From Epithemia pelagica (Eukaryota > Protista > Bacillariophyta), in contig OX337235.1 in assembly GCA_946965045.2 (NCBI GenBank), positions 496,001-560,000 of the forward strand: a stretch of DNA of 64,000 bases. Reading direction: 5' to 3'. Below the pieces are notes generated by a model. It had not been told where the DNA came from. It made no database searches and was given only the letters and a program-made list of their open reading frames with translations. The position numbers were made by a program, and so were the translations under genes. How positions within the stretch are numbered: position 1 is the stretch's first letter; every line of letters begins with the position of its first letter. Shown here in pieces: positions 24,837 to 38,000 of the stretch.

Positions 24837-27713
24837 TTATTTGACGGCAAGCAAACCCATTGAGGCCGACAGCTGACTTATTTTGTTGTGCAGTTCCAAT
24901 TTACGCTCCCGATTTTGTCCCGGGAACTCGGGTGACGCCAGCATGTCCAAGCAAAGTTTCAAGGCCAATCGAGGTTGGTTGATGCTTCGGCTTTTATGAT
25001 TTGTTCTTGGAGAGTGGGAGGCGCAACGTCTTCTGTTCGATTTAAAAGTTGTTGGGTGACATCCACTCTGGTGGAATTCTGTTTGCGGGATGTGGTTGGT
25101 TTCTGCCCCAACGCAATCAGCTCCTGATTTTCCTTGTCGCGTTCCATGACTTTTTGCGAGCGACCAAAAACTCTTGGAGCTCGATCCGTGGCATCTTCAA
25201 ACACATTTTTGCCGGTTCCCTCCGATTCGGAGAAAGAATAGAAACCATCATGACGCGAAAGCCCGACTATTCCATCCATCGAGAACAGATGCTCTTGATC
25301 TCGCCAGTCTGTAGTCTGCCCACGCATGGCTTCGTAAACTAGAAAGAAATAGACACATTATGGTAAGGAATCGAAGCCCAACTGACAGAAGACTGTTGAA
25401 TCGATCGTTACACGTACCCTTCTCCATCATATGACAGACTCCAGGACTTTGTTCAGGAGAGGGCACAACACATGTATGTTAGTCAGTAGCAATAAACAAC
25501 GTAACCACGACATACTCCACACGTACTCGCCAAGTTTGAAAAGCTCCTTGAGCTCGTTTCGTTTAAAGTATCTTTGTACCGCCTCTCCTTCCACACCAAA
25601 CACAGTCCGACGAATTCCGTCCTTGTGAATCTGACGTTCATACATTTTCTCTTCGACTGTACCAGCCGTAATCAAACGGTATACGGTGACTGGTTTTTTC
25701 TGCCCCAATCGATAGGCACGATCAATGGCCTGAGAATCTTCGGCAGGAGTCCTGGATCATCGGAACTTGAGTGTGAGATTTCAAAAAAAAAACAATGGAT
25801 CCACGCATCCGAAATCCGACGTACCAGCTTGGATCGTAGACCACCACAGTATCGGCGCCGGTCAGTGTCAATCCGACCCCCGCCGCCTTGGTGGACAACA
25901 TTCGATAATGTTCAACATTTTGGTGCTTTGCGAAAAAATCAGTGTCCGATGGTGGAAACGAATCTGATTGATCAATTTCACCAAGACTCCAAGCTTGGCA
26001 CTTTGTGCCATGATGGTGGAGTTCGAGTCTGTAATGACTCTAGTTTCGTCGTCGTCGTCTTCTGTTTGAACGAGCATTGGATGACTGCACAATTTTTTGA
26101 GGTGGGTGAGGGCAATGAGCGGAGATATTTTTTTGCCCCTCAGAATGTCGTAAACATCGTCATTCTTGTTCAAAAACTCTTGGTAGAGTTCGCGTTGAAG
26201 GTCTGGATCCAAAGAGAAACAACAACAAATCTTTGAGTTCAAAGGTTCCGTCCGTTCGTTTGTTCCAGCTGCGAACAAAACTTACTTGACAAGTGCGTCC
26301 ATACAACAAAGTCCCTCTTTTCGGGAAGTCGTTCTTTGAGGTAGTCGGCCTTGAGACGCTGCAAAAAGAAGGGTTTGAGCAGTGTTTGAAGTTGGCGGTT
26401 CTTGGTTTCTCCGAGGGCCATTTCCTGCGGACCGGCCGAGGCATCCCGGGCCTGTTCAATGGGCCCCGCATAATCCTGCTGAAAGCTCTTGAGCGAACCA
26501 AGGACAGCTCCCGTGGTGGCAAAGTCAAACAAGCACCAAAGTTCCGTGAGATTGTTGAGAATGGGCGTGCCACTCAACATGAGTCGGCGTGTCGCCGGGT
26601 CATGACAAATGGCATGACAACTCTTGGTCACAGCCGCCTTTGGGTTTTTGATGGTGTGTGCCTCATCGAGGAGAACATAATCCCAACGGTGAGCATCACG
26701 CGAGTGGCGCGGACAAACGAAATCCTGCTGAGCACTCCGAGCCAGGCCATAGGTGGTAATGACCATGTGGCAAGTACCCTTTTGTCTGCAACACAATTGG
26801 AACAACGCGCAACGATGAAGTTGTTGGTGGAAAAGTCACAACCCGAACGATTCGTTTCTTGTGTTCCTATCGTACCTTTGGTTGGTGGCATTGCCAAGAA
26901 TTCTCTTGCGTTCCCGTTCCGAAGTATTGCTCGACACGACAGAAATACAAACGGTTCGGACACAGTGTCGCAAGATATGCTTGGATTCGTTTTCCCAATT
27001 TCGGAGCAAACTCACAGGTGCAATGACCAAGGCATTTTGAATGGCTCCACCACGCATGAGTCCTCCCAGAACCGACAAGGAAACATAAGTTTTGCCCATA
27101 CCTAGAAGAAACATGTCCAACAAGAAAGGTAAGAAGCCATCTCCTTGACTCGATAGCGCCTGCGCCACGACATTTTCTCCAAGATCTTACCCATGTCATC
27201 GGCCAGAATCCCACCCCCCGCTCTCAATGGCGTGCCACGCAACAATGACGAGGATGGCGTAGTACCGACCACACGATGATTGTTGAGAGAGGCAATCCAT
27301 TTCACACCATCGAGTTGAAAGTCATAGAGTGTGTCGTAGAGTTTTTGCGGTAGGCCAAACTTGGGAAAGGGCAGTTTCGACTCGGTGCACTCGAGACCAT
27401 ATTCCTTGCGGTCCGGGAAATGCCTCCAGATCCAATACGAAGGCCCACTAGTTGTCCGATTTGGACGTCGAGGGGTCACTTCCGCGACAGAACTGTCGGA
27501 AGACGAGTCGTCGTCGTCGATCAAGATGAGCTTTTTCCGAAACGTGTTGGTGAGAGATTGCAATCCGGTCGATCTTCCCCTCGTAGAGATGTTTTCCTCG
27601 TCGCTAGAACTGTCCGAATCATCCAACACGATCACTTCCTGAGGTTGTGAACGTTGCCCCTGGCGTGGTGCTGGATGAGGGAAGCGCTGTTGGTTGCGAT
27701 TTGCGGTAGACAT
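24837..27713 (-). pseudogene. ERCC6L/PICH-like (Rad26 subfamily) SNF2 helicase, multi-exon and disrupted
   Basis: LYDFQLDGVKW, GGILADDMG|[74 protein letters not shown]. The RIDG segment is missing near 25890 with a frameshift; a further frameshift lies near 24965. Confidence 0.88.
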
Positions 27714-28247
27714 GGTCGTAGGTTTTTGGTTTGTGGATCGAGAACAAAAAAATTATTTGTGAAGATGGCTGTTGAATTTGGATGTGTCACACGGACGGCA
27801 GGCGATCGCGCCAACCGAGCCATTTCGCGTTGTCACAAAATCGCACGGTCAAGCGACAACGGACACATCTTCTGGTTCTCGTTCAGACACCACTCTTTGT
27901 ATAAGAGGGGCCCACCGACATGTAAACAAAAAATGCGAAGCTCCAATCAAAACATGAGTGCTTTCAAAGAACCCACGACTTGACAGTGCATCCATTCCAT
28001 TCATCCTCTACGGTATGCAGTATCGCATGAAACCGAACCATTCTTTTTTTTCTTTGGAACATAAGAGTCTGTGACGTCGATCTGAGACATGGCCATCACA
28101 ACCACCATCCTCTTCACATCAGCTCCTATCATGACTTTTGACACGATACAAACATGAACCAAGAACGAAGTGCACAAAATCAAAGACGTTTTTTTTCATG
28201 AAATCGCAGTCACAAAGACAACCAACCCCAACCAACCAACAAACAAC

Positions 28248-29411
28248 ATGAAAGAGATGATTCGTCTCCTCCTTCTGCTTCTAGTGGTCGGAAGCCTTGT
28301 CATCAAGGACCTTGAGACCTTGTTGCGGTCCCGAGGCACGACTCTAGTTCCCAATCATTCGGTCATTTCCGCCATGGCGTTGACAGTTCCAAGGTCCACA
28401 CACCCGTTCTTACGCAAACTCAACCGTTCGAGCCATGACGCGCTCTCTGTTCCCGGTGGAAGAAGAAATCTCCGTTCCAACACCGTCTCTCCGGAATGCC
28501 TTAAGGCCCAAGACACCTTGGATTCCCATGGTGTCCTCTTAGACAACAAGAAGATTCGAGACGATATCCACACCAACCTTTTGGAGGATGCCTTTCCCTG
28601 TGTTGACCAGACATTGCATCTCTGGAACACGAAAACTACACAACAAGCAGCGTCGTCTCGGATCGATTGTACCGACATGAGCACAACACCACGACCAACG
28701 TCCTTTTGGACACCCCTGCAGGACGCCTGTCGTCGCACGGCTGGTGGGTCCATTATCCAATACAACGTCACGGTGCAATGCACGGTATCCGTTTCTGGTC
28801 TGACCAGCACCAACGACAACGACCTCACGAAGGAACGTGCGAGTGATCAGAAAACCGAAGCCAAGGCAACCTTTGCATTTCCCCAACTCCAAAACTGTGT
28901 CGACTTGTTTCAGTGCCAAGTCCCCGAAGTCTTTGATCTCCTTCAACAAGAGGCAACCGACAACTTGGCACAACCCTTGCAAGACTACTGGATGACCCAT
29001 ACAATGGCGGCCATGGACGACAACTCCACGGTGGTGGCCACGTGCCGTGCCGAGCCCATTCCCCAGTTTTCTCATATAATGGGACCGGGACACACCAGCA
29101 CCACCCATCAACAGGTATCCAATGATGTGGTCACGTATGTGATTGCGGCACTCTTGCTCTTTTGTGGAGTCCTCTTTTGTCTCATTGTCCTGTTGAGTCT
29201 CACCGTTTCGTCCACGGAACCCGCACTACAACCACCACCAGGACACGAAGGCGATCAACATCCTACCATGCTGCGGGGTGGCACCATGGCCATGACCATT
29301 TCGGAACGATCCAAAACTTCCGACACGAACCATCCTGCTCCATCAAACAATAATGGTCCTCAACCTCTCGACCCTTCTGTTGGGGAACAATCGGAGGAGC
29401 AGTCTCGGTAA
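28248..29411 (+). CDS. Single-pass Cys-rich membrane protein (family member 1)
   Basis: Signal-like MIRLLLLLLVVG, SPEC...DAC...YNVTVQC...C ectodomain, TM YVIAALLLFCGVLFCLIVLL, tail MLRGGTM. Confidence 0.75.
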   Translation: MKEMIRLLLLLLVVGSLVIKDLETLLRSRGTTLVPNHSVISAMALTVPRSTHPFLRKLNRSSHDALSVPGGRRNLRSNTVSPECLKAQDTLDSHGVLLDNKKIRDDIHTNLLEDAFPCVDQTLHLWNTKTTQQAASSRIDCTDMSTTPRPTSFWTPLQDACRRTAGGSIIQYNVTVQCTVSVSGLTSTNDNDLTKERASDQKTEAKATFAFPQLQNCVDLFQCQVPEVFDLLQQEATDNLAQPLQDYWMTHTMAAMDDNSTVVATCRAEPIPQFSHIMGPGHTSTTHQQVSNDVVTYVIAALLLFCGVLFCLIVLLSLTVSSTEPALQPPPGHEGDQHPTMLRGGTMAMTISERSKTSDTNHPAPSNNNGPQPLDPSVGEQSEEQSR

Positions 29412-29782
29412 GAACGGAGCTTTTCCTGGAGGATGTGTCAAAGAGAAAAAGAAGAACACTCGAGTGACGACAACAACACCGACATCACAGGGACAATTTG
29501 CAATTGTGTAGAGGCCATTCGGGACCACCACCAATCCAGGTATACGAGCGCCTGTTCTCTCGTGTGGACCCTCAAATAGAGAGAGACTGCGGACGAGACA
29601 CTCTGTCACAACAGTCGCTGGACCTATAGCTATTAGCAAGGCAGTACGAGAGTCGTCCTCGGCTCTTCTGCCAAAGCACAAGTACCATTTGTTTGGGCCT
29701 TATCGCATTCTACAATAATAGAACTACTCCTAGAACTGCAAAGGTTGGAACGTACCGGCAACTCGATACTCGATAGCTCTAT

Positions 29783-32120
29783 TGGCATAGGTCTTTGAGA
29801 GGGTAGCACGGTTCGGAAACCGCGATACAGAAGCGACAGAGTCAGACAGACGTGTTCGCACGCGGTTCTCTCGTTCTCCGAACTCGTCCAAACACCATGG
29901 CGTGCATGGAGCCGTTCGAATCGGCACACACCCCTCTAGTAGAGAGGATGAGCGACTTGTGCACGCGTGAACCGAGAGGTCAAGGGTTCCGACAGGGGTG
30001 AGATCTCTCTCTCTCTTGCACCATGTCGTCACATTATCATCATCATGAGACCTGTGGGTGATTTTTGGGAACTCCCCTTCGGACTGTGACACAGCGTTCA
30101 ACCCGAAGCCGGTCTACAGCAGCTTTTTTTCACTCGGAGGAACAGAGAAAATCCGAACCGCGACACACCATCCGAAGGAGACTACGACCACAAAGAAGAA
30201 GAGAATGAGAGGAAAACAAGAACTAGGTTGTCAAGCAGCAGAGCATCCCCAAGTATCTTCTTTTGACCCAAATTCGACCCATGACGATATAAACCTGCAG
30301 GCTGCACTCAATCAAAAGTCCAAGTTGAAAAGGATGACTTACCACGCCACTCGCTTTCTAGGTTGGATTGGCCTTGTGTCTGCCATGGTCCACTCCGAAA
30401 CCGTCCCACCAGAACCAGAACTGTGGCATCCTGTCACTCCTCCAACAAATAAGAACAAGTATCCAACAAGGACTGCATCTCTTGTGTCGGTCCAGCCGCA
30501 ACCACCTAAACGGCACCACCAACAACCACACACGGTCCACCGAACGACTGTGCTGGAACCAACACTCCACAACCATCCATCCTCCTCGTCGCTCGTAGTA
30601 GATCCCTCGTCCTCTTTGAGAAACCGTCCATATCTTCGTGCTCGACTGGTCCGACGAGTCCGCAAAACCACTGCCACCACCACCCTGTCACCCAAATGTC
30701 AAACTGCCACTACTCGATTGGCATCGCACCCTCTCTGGAACCAGGCCCAGAAGCAATATCGGTGGCAGCTCTGGAACCAATCACTTCGTTGTATGGACCA
30801 TGTCCTGGACCAGGAGGAGGACCGGCTCGTGACTGCATGGAACTGCATCATCCCCAGCAATACGAATAATCCCCGAGCGTCGGACGTTCAGCAAGCCTGT
30901 TGGGTGGCGGGCGACAACGAGGACGAGGAAACCACCACCGTGGTCGTTTCCTACAATGTTACCATTCCCTGCGATTTGGTCCTGTCGTGGAAATCCGATA
31001 CTCCACCCTCCAACCCCAATGACGACAAGAACAGCAATGCATCCACGGTGGTTGTCACCACCAAACAGGTGACCTTTCAATTCCGTTCCATTCCAGTGTG
31101 TATTATGGGGATTGGTGCACCTTCGGAATGGAGGCAAGTGGTCCAACAAGAGGCTGATTCCACCGACTGGGCCACGACCCTCGAACAGGATTGGAGAGAC
31201 GTGGCTGCCGCCCAAGCTGCCGCAGCAGCCTCCTCCACTACGGTTGTGTCCCTCCATCATGTTCAGTGTCATTACGCCTCACCAATTTCCTCCGTCACGT
31301 GGTCTGTACTACCCAATAACCACACGGAACCACAATCAGAACAACAACCACAACAGCAAAGAAACGAACAAACGGTAACCGAACTCTTGGTGGTCTACCT
31401 CTTGTGTGGCATGGCCGTCCTGTTTGGTGTCACCTTTGTCGTGGCCTTTTTGGTGAGTCTGGTGCAAGAGGCAACCGATCGGATCCCAGCCGCCGCACCA
31501 TCCGGAAGACGCTCCACGCTCATGCTGCGGGGAGGGACCATGGATCTGACGGAAGCATCATTGTCGTCTCACAAGAGTCGTAGTAGTTGTGGTGGTGGGG
31601 CGAGTGTTGATCGTACCATTTCTGCCAATCCTACTACCACCGTGCATGATACGGAACAACCTCCCTAGCTCATACCTCAAAGAAACACATACGCACACAC
31701 ACAAGTCACATCCGAGATTCTCCAACATGTCGTACGAGTCGCTTTCCTTGTGTGGATCCATGATTGGAAGAAGGAGCCCATGTATGTGTGTTTCATCCGC
31801 CACACTATGCCTGGTCCTGTGCCACTGTCGTCGGGGGTGTGTTTCTCGGAGTATAGTGCATCGGGGAGAAGGTCGTTTGCAGGATACCTGTCTTTTGTAT
31901 CCATATCGTAGCACCTACCTCTAGGCGTATAGCTATTGGAATCCGACGATCGAAGATAGATCAAAGACTAACTCTAGCTACTTTGGAGTATCTACCATTG
32001 GCAAACCATACAAGTTGCAGAGTTGCAACGACGGATTGCGGATCCTATGGTTCCAGCCGCCAATTCCTTGTGATTTCCGCAACAACCACACCCACTCATA
32101 ACAGTGGCGCCCCTCCAATG
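29783..32120. repeat. Inverted duplication arm A (partner 35895-38544)
   Basis: Reverse-complement similarity across the membrane-protein gene and both flanks. Confidence 0.93.
30334..31668 (+). CDS. Single-pass Cys-rich membrane protein (family member 2)
   Basis: MTYHATRFLGWIGLVSAMVHS signal, SPKC...QAC...YNVTIPC, TM LLVVYLLCGMAVLFGVTFVVAFL, tail MLRGGTM. Confidence 0.78.
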   Translation: MTYHATRFLGWIGLVSAMVHSETVPPEPELWHPVTPPTNKNKYPTRTASLVSVQPQPPKRHHQQPHTVHRTTVLEPTLHNHPSSSSLVVDPSSSLRNRPYLRARLVRRVRKTTATTTLSPKCQTATTRLASHPLWNQAQKQYRWQLWNQSLRCMDHVLDQEEDRLVTAWNCIIPSNTNNPRASDVQQACWVAGDNEDEETTTVVVSYNVTIPCDLVLSWKSDTPPSNPNDDKNSNASTVVVTTKQVTFQFRSIPVCIMGIGAPSEWRQVVQQEADSTDWATTLEQDWRDVAAAQAAAAASSTTVVSLHHVQCHYASPISSVTWSVLPNNHTEPQSEQQPQQQRNEQTVTELLVVYLLCGMAVLFGVTFVVAFLVSLVQEATDRIPAAAPSGRRSTLMLRGGTMDLTEASLSSHKSRSSCGGGASVDRTISANPTTTVHDTEQPP

Positions 32121-35100
32121 CAAGCAACTGGTGGTAGTGCCTCAAAACGTGTGTGTCCATGCCCCTACTTGCGCAAGCCCCGCTGCATCATAACGTCCAC
32201 AAACGAATTCCATGGCCCGGTAAAATAATGAGCCCATGAACCCATTGCTTGTTCCAATCCTTCGCCTAGAAAGAGTGTCGGCAACTCCCAGAGGAGTTCC
32301 CAATTCTATGCAATTGTTGTTGTGTCGAGTCTTTGCCTTCCTGGGAAACGTGGTCCTCCAGTGACTGCTGCAGCAAAGACTTGCTGCCGTGAGCATCCTC
32401 TGACGTTGATGCACCCTCCTCCGTGGATTCGTCTTGTTGTTGTTGTTGTTGTTGTTGTGGCTTGTCTGATGGTTCCGGGCCAGGAATCTTGGGGATCGTT
32501 CGGGTCCGCTTGAATTGCTGGACGCGTCGCTGGTACAAGGACACGAGCAGCCATCCGGCGTGAAATTGAAGGCCCACGAGGATAAACACCAGGACGGACA
32601 CGACCCAAAAGCCCGGTGCATGGTCCCCCACGGACACTCCTCGTTGGCAACCGCATGCCACGAGCATTAACAGGACGACGGCCTCCATGGTTCGGGTGAC
32701 AAAGTAAACGACCACAAAACAGGGTAGCGCCACATACACAAAACGTCGATAGCTTGGACACGCCGTCAACTTGGTCCTGTTTTCCTTGTTACAGGAAGCG
32801 TCAAAGGCGGAATCATAGAATCGTACAATCCAGAATGGAGCAAACAGGGACCACTCATAGGTCCAAGCGACTAGAATCGTAAGACACATTTTCGAAATGG
32901 TCACTTCGGTGGCGGCAAAAATGATGAGTTGCAGCACAAAGAACCCCACATGATGAAAGGTAATTTGATAAAACATGCGGGGGTCAAAGTCACTGAATCG
33001 CCACTGCGACAGACGAAGGGCAATCTCGGCGATAAAATGGGCCCCCACCAGCCCGGATGTCCAAAAGGAAATCCGGTAGGATGAATCCGCAAACATCTGA
33101 ATCCAATAGGGATTGCCAATGATCTGGACCCAGAGAATCGTCATTGGTACAAAGCAGGCAGTCGAAATGACAAGACTCACCGTCAAGATGCACAATCTCA
33201 CACGTTCGCGAAAAATATCATTGTTGACTCGTTCCACTCGGAGTTCATCCTTGGCAACTAAAAGTATTTGGCTGTGGGCATCGACGGAGAGGTCTTCGTG
33301 GTCCACACCAGCCAATCGCTCACTCGCTGTCATTGCGACGGTACTAAAGTGCAGGGTAGCCGGTTGAACTTGTCCGGGTGATGTTTGAAACGGTCGGAAC
33401 TGGGACAAACTCCAAAAGGTTGCAATGTAGAGACCCACAATAATTGCAAAGCATGCCTGATAAGCCACAAACAAAAGAAAAGGGTAATGTGTCAGCAGCA
33501 GCAATCATGCCTTTTCCTTTGTGTCGTCCCACAATTCAAACCGTACCGTGTAAATTGCCACAGTGATGGGCATAAACCCGTTTTCATAGTAGTACCAGGA
33601 AGTGTAATCCACGCCCACATAACTGCAGACCGTGTCCATTCGGAACAAGCTTATCCCCACTTGGTCGGGCAGTCACTAGTCGTTTGGTTCGATGCACGTA
33701 CTGGCGTCCGTTTGAAAGGGACAGGGACGGTCCACATCGTCGTCGCTTTCAGGGGACAGGAGCGTTTGGAGCAAGGTTCGAAATTCAAACTGTTGCACTA
33801 AGGCTTTTCCGGCCTTGGTCAAGTAGTCGTCGCTCCAGAGCATGGGATTTTGAAGTATGGCATTGGACGCCACATCCTGAACGGCAAAGAGGCTGACCAA
33901 AATGAGCTGCACGTCGCCCAGCAAGGGAACAGTCGGGCGTGGGAATCGGCCAGAATGCCCGTCAAGAATTCGAGGCGATTCACATCTCCGTGGTAGAGTT
34001 GTTGGAGTTGTTGCGGATTGTCCACGGCCAGCTCGTCAAAGGATTGCAAGGGCGGTAATCCCACGTAGGAACGATAGGCATTGTAGGAGGGCAACCGTTG
34101 CGCGCGTTCATCGGCCAGTGCTTGTTCGGTAATCCCACGGACAAAGGGAGGGAAATTGTGGGGACCATACCGGGCAATGGGGGTCTTGGAAAAGGCCAAG
34201 GAAATTTGGGCAAGGCTGTAATTGGCAAATAGATTTGGAGACCACATGAGACTGGTCAGTGGTATTTGTTGGCCTTGAAGATGGAGTGCATCGGGAAGCA
34301 AGGAATGCCAGGCTTGGTAGACGTGATTGAATTCCAAAAAGTGGGGTTTGGCTCCCGAAAAGGGAAACTGCGGGACCATGAGTTGGCGAAGTTCCTCGGG
34401 ATTGTACGGGAGCCGCGCGTGATTGCGGGCATGGGAGACGGAATCGGAGACAAAGTCTTGAAGACGAATCTTTTGGACAATGTGAAAGGTAATGACGCGC
34501 GCTCGTTGAAAAATATCCTCATCGGTCCAGCCGCCCCCATCCTCCGCATCATATTGTCGTTGCGGTTGCGGTTGGTGTTGAATCAAAATGTCGCAGGCGG
34601 TATTGTGCAGGTAGAGGGCAATGCTGGTCCAAACAATGTGTCCGGGATGCATGTTGAACCGAGGATCCCCCATGGCAAAGTAGGCCGACGTGTCCACGTC
34701 TTGCTTACCGGCGGCACTGGAATTGCTACTGGGCCCATTGTGCGGTGTCCACATGTCAAAGTCGGGATAGTCTTGTTGCACATCGTTCCACAAGGGCGGA
34801 AAGTAGGTCCATTCTCCCGACGATGAGGATGTTTTCATTTTGCCATCTCCTTGCAAGGTACGGAGCGCGTCTTGTCGGTACCGGGTATGGCCATAGACAT
34901 GGGTCATGTGAAGTCCCCCATCACCTCCCCACGAATAGGATCCATTGGTATTGGGAACGGTTCGAAAGTTGTCATCGTGAAACCAATTGACAAAGGACAA
35001 GAACCAAAAATTCAACAAGGCCGGAGCACTATCCAATGGCATACAAGCCGACGACGAACGACGGGCAAAAACGGCATTGTACACATCACGGACCGGAGGA

Positions 35101-35884
35101 AGGTTGTCTGAATCCTTGTCCTCTGGTGATGGATTGGTGGCGTTGGGGCTACTACTGTTGGGACTCATACGACGCCACCATTTCATTGGGGAATCGGCGT
35201 GAGTGGGCGCCACACACTCCTCTGGTTGTCCGTCGTGGTCGTGGGCCGTGTCGGGGGGGGGCAACAAGAGATCCTGTGGCGTTCTTCTTGTCTGGGATGC
35301 GGCTGGACCGACAAATTGATCGGCCGCCGTGACACAGCCCGCCTTGTAAATGCGCGTCGACGGCAGCAAGGCCCCAATGCGTTTAAAAATACTCTTCAAA
35401 ATCACGGGAGAAATGGTGTGAATCTTGAACTGGTCGGGTCCCCCCAAGTCGCGGGCCGCCCGATGAATGGTTTCAAATTCCTTCCAGGTATTGCCGTGGA
35501 CTCGCGATTCCAAGGGGACGATTGTTCCGCCCCAGCTGGTCCATTCCCTGCAAGAATCAGAACGAGGCACCAAATCACGTGGCACGAACCGGATCGCCAA
35601 CGACAAGGGGGCAGTCGGACTCGGAAGGGCTTGGACATGTTGTCGTCGTCGCCTTGCCTTGTGTGTTTTCTGTATTGTTGGATCTCTATTCTGGAGAGGA
35701 TGCCGATTGGAGATTGGAGTAGGTATAATAGGTTGTCATCTATTAAAGTGACGTAAGGTAAATAGGAGTAATTCCCTGTGTTGTCAAGTCCTCTTGAGGA
35801 GGGTCGCGCGGCGCGTTTCTACTGTATGCGCCGGGCGATCTATCTAGAAACGCGCCGCGCGATCTATCCTTAGAAGCGACTTGG
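31960..35884. repeat. Inverted duplication arm B (partner 42476-46375)
   Basis: Reverse-complement similarity across the COX-TLC gene and flanks. Confidence 0.93.
32266..35638 (-). pseudogene. Cyclooxygenase (PGHS)-like heme peroxidase fused to TLC-like multipass domain, copy 1 (disrupted)
   Basis: COX motifs as in copy 2; intron 33457-33546 (GT...CTGAC...AG, phase 0). Lesions: frame break near 35500, 4-nt deletion near 33935, TAG-TGA in place of TGG-AGA near 33675. Confidence 0.88.
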
Positions 35885-36419
35885 GAAAACCACCACTATA
35901 TTGGAGGGGCGTCACTGCGTAATAGAAGTAGTGTGTGTTTGTGTATTGCGGAACTCACAATCAAGTGTGGCGGCTGGAACCACCAGAAGAGGATCGGTCG
36001 TCGCAACGTTGCAACTTGTATGGTTGGCCAATGGTGTAGATACTTTGGCTCTAGTAGAGGTAGTCTAGGATCCATCTACGATCGTCGGATTCCGAAAGCG
36101 CTTGATTACAAACCATACACGCCTATATACCTATACACGCCTACCGGTAGGTATATAGGTGCTACGATGTATGGATACAAAACGACAGACCTGTGCAGGT
36201 ATCCTGCAAACGACTGCACTATGCTCCGAGTAACAATCGTTTACAAAAGCCAAATGTGGCACGGCTCCAACGACACTGGCACACAACCAGGCACAGACAG
36301 AGTGGCGGATGAAACACACACGCACACATGGCCCCCTTCTTCCCGCCATGGATTCACACAGGGAAAGCGACTCGTACGCGGCATCCGAATGTTGGGTGTT
36401 GGAGAATCTCGAATATGAC

Positions 36420-36633
<214 letters not shown>

Positions 36634-36659
36634 CTTGGAGGACTTTCTATCTATCAAAG

Positions 36660-38000
36660 CTAGGGAGGTTGTTCCGTATCATGCACGGTGGTAGTAGGAT
36701 TGGCAGGAATGTCAAGACAAACACTCTCCCCACTATTACTCTTGTGCGATGATGCTTCCGTGAGATCCATGGTCCCTCCCCGCAGCATGAGCGTGGAGCG
36801 TGTGCCGGATGGTGCGGCGGTTCCTGCGGCGGCGGCTGGGATCCGACGATCGGTTGCCTCTTGCACCAGACTTACCAAAAAGGCCACGACAAAGGTGACA
36901 CCAAACAGGACGGCCATGCCACACAAGAGGTATACCACCAAGAGTTCGGTTACCGTTTGTTCGTTTTTGTTTTGTGGTTGTTCTGATTGTGGAGGAACCA
37001 TCGTGTCGTTATTGGGTGGTACGGACCACGTGACGGAGGAAATTGGTGAGGCGTCATGACAATGCACTTGATGGAGCGACACATTGGAGGAGGCTGCTGA
37101 GGAAGCTTGGGCGGCGGTCACGTCTCTCCAGTCCTGTTCGAGGGTCGTGGCCCAGTCTATTGTATCCGCCTCCTCTTGGACCACACTCATCCATTCCGAG
37201 GGATTGCACCAATCCCCATGGATACACGCTGGAATGGAACGGAATTGAAAGGTCACCTGTTTGGTGGTGACAACCACTGTGGATGCGTTGGTGTCTTCGT
37301 CGTTCGGGTTGGAGGGTGGAGTAGCAGTATTGGGGGCATTCCACGACAGGACCAAATCGCAGGGAATGGTAACATTGTAGGAAACGATCAACGTGGTGGC
37401 TCCCTCTTTCTCGTCGCCGCCCGCCACCCAACAGGCTTGTTGCACGTCCGACGCTCGAGGATTATTATTCGTATTCGTGCTGGGGATGATGCAGTTCCAT
37501 GCAGTCACGAGCCGGTCCTCCTCCTGGTCCAGGACATGGTCCATACAACGAAGCGATTGGTTCCAGAGCTGCCACCGATATTGCTTCTGGGCCTGGTTCC
37601 AGAGAGGGTCCGATGCCAATCGAGTGGTGGCAGTTTGATATTTGGGTGACAGGGTGGTGGTGGCAGTGGTTTTGCGGACTCGTCGGACCAGTCGAGCACG
37701 AAGATATGGACGGTTTCTCAAAGAGGACGAGGGATCTTCTACGAGCGACGACGCGGACGGTTTTTGGAGTGTTGGTTCCAGCATAGTCGTTTGGTGGACC
37801 CTGTGTGGTTGTTGGTGGTGCCGTTTGGGTGGTTGCGGCTGGACCGACACAAGGGATGCAGTCCTTGTTGGATACTTGTTCTTATTTGTTGGAGGAGTGA
37901 CAGGATGCCACAGGTCTGGTTCTGGTGGGACGGTTTCGGAGTGGACCATGGCAGATACAAGGCCAATCCAACCTAGAAATCGAGGGGCGTAGTAAGTCAT
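36660..38000 (-). CDS. Single-pass Cys-rich membrane protein (member 3; inverted duplicate of member 2)
   Basis: Near-identical translation to 30334-31668; ORF intact. Confidence 0.78.
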   Translation of the reverse strand: MTYYAPRFLGWIGLVSAMVHSETVPPEPDLWHPVTPPTNKNKYPTRTASLVSVQPQPPKRHHQQPHRVHQTTMLEPTLQKPSASSLVEDPSSSLRNRPYLRARLVRRVRKTTATTTLSPKYQTATTRLASDPLWNQAQKQYRWQLWNQSLRCMDHVLDQEEDRLVTAWNCIIPSTNTNNNPRASDVQQACWVAGGDEKEGATTLIVSYNVTIPCDLVLSWNAPNTATPPSNPNDEDTNASTVVVTTKQVTFQFRSIPACIHGDWCNPSEWMSVVQEEADTIDWATTLEQDWRDVTAAQASSAASSNVSLHQVHCHDASPISSVTWSVPPNNDTMVPPQSEQPQNKNEQTVTELLVVYLLCGMAVLFGVTFVVAFLVSLVQEATDRRIPAAAAGTAAPSGTRSTLMLRGGTMDLTEASSHKSNSGESVCLDIPANPTTTVHDTEQPP

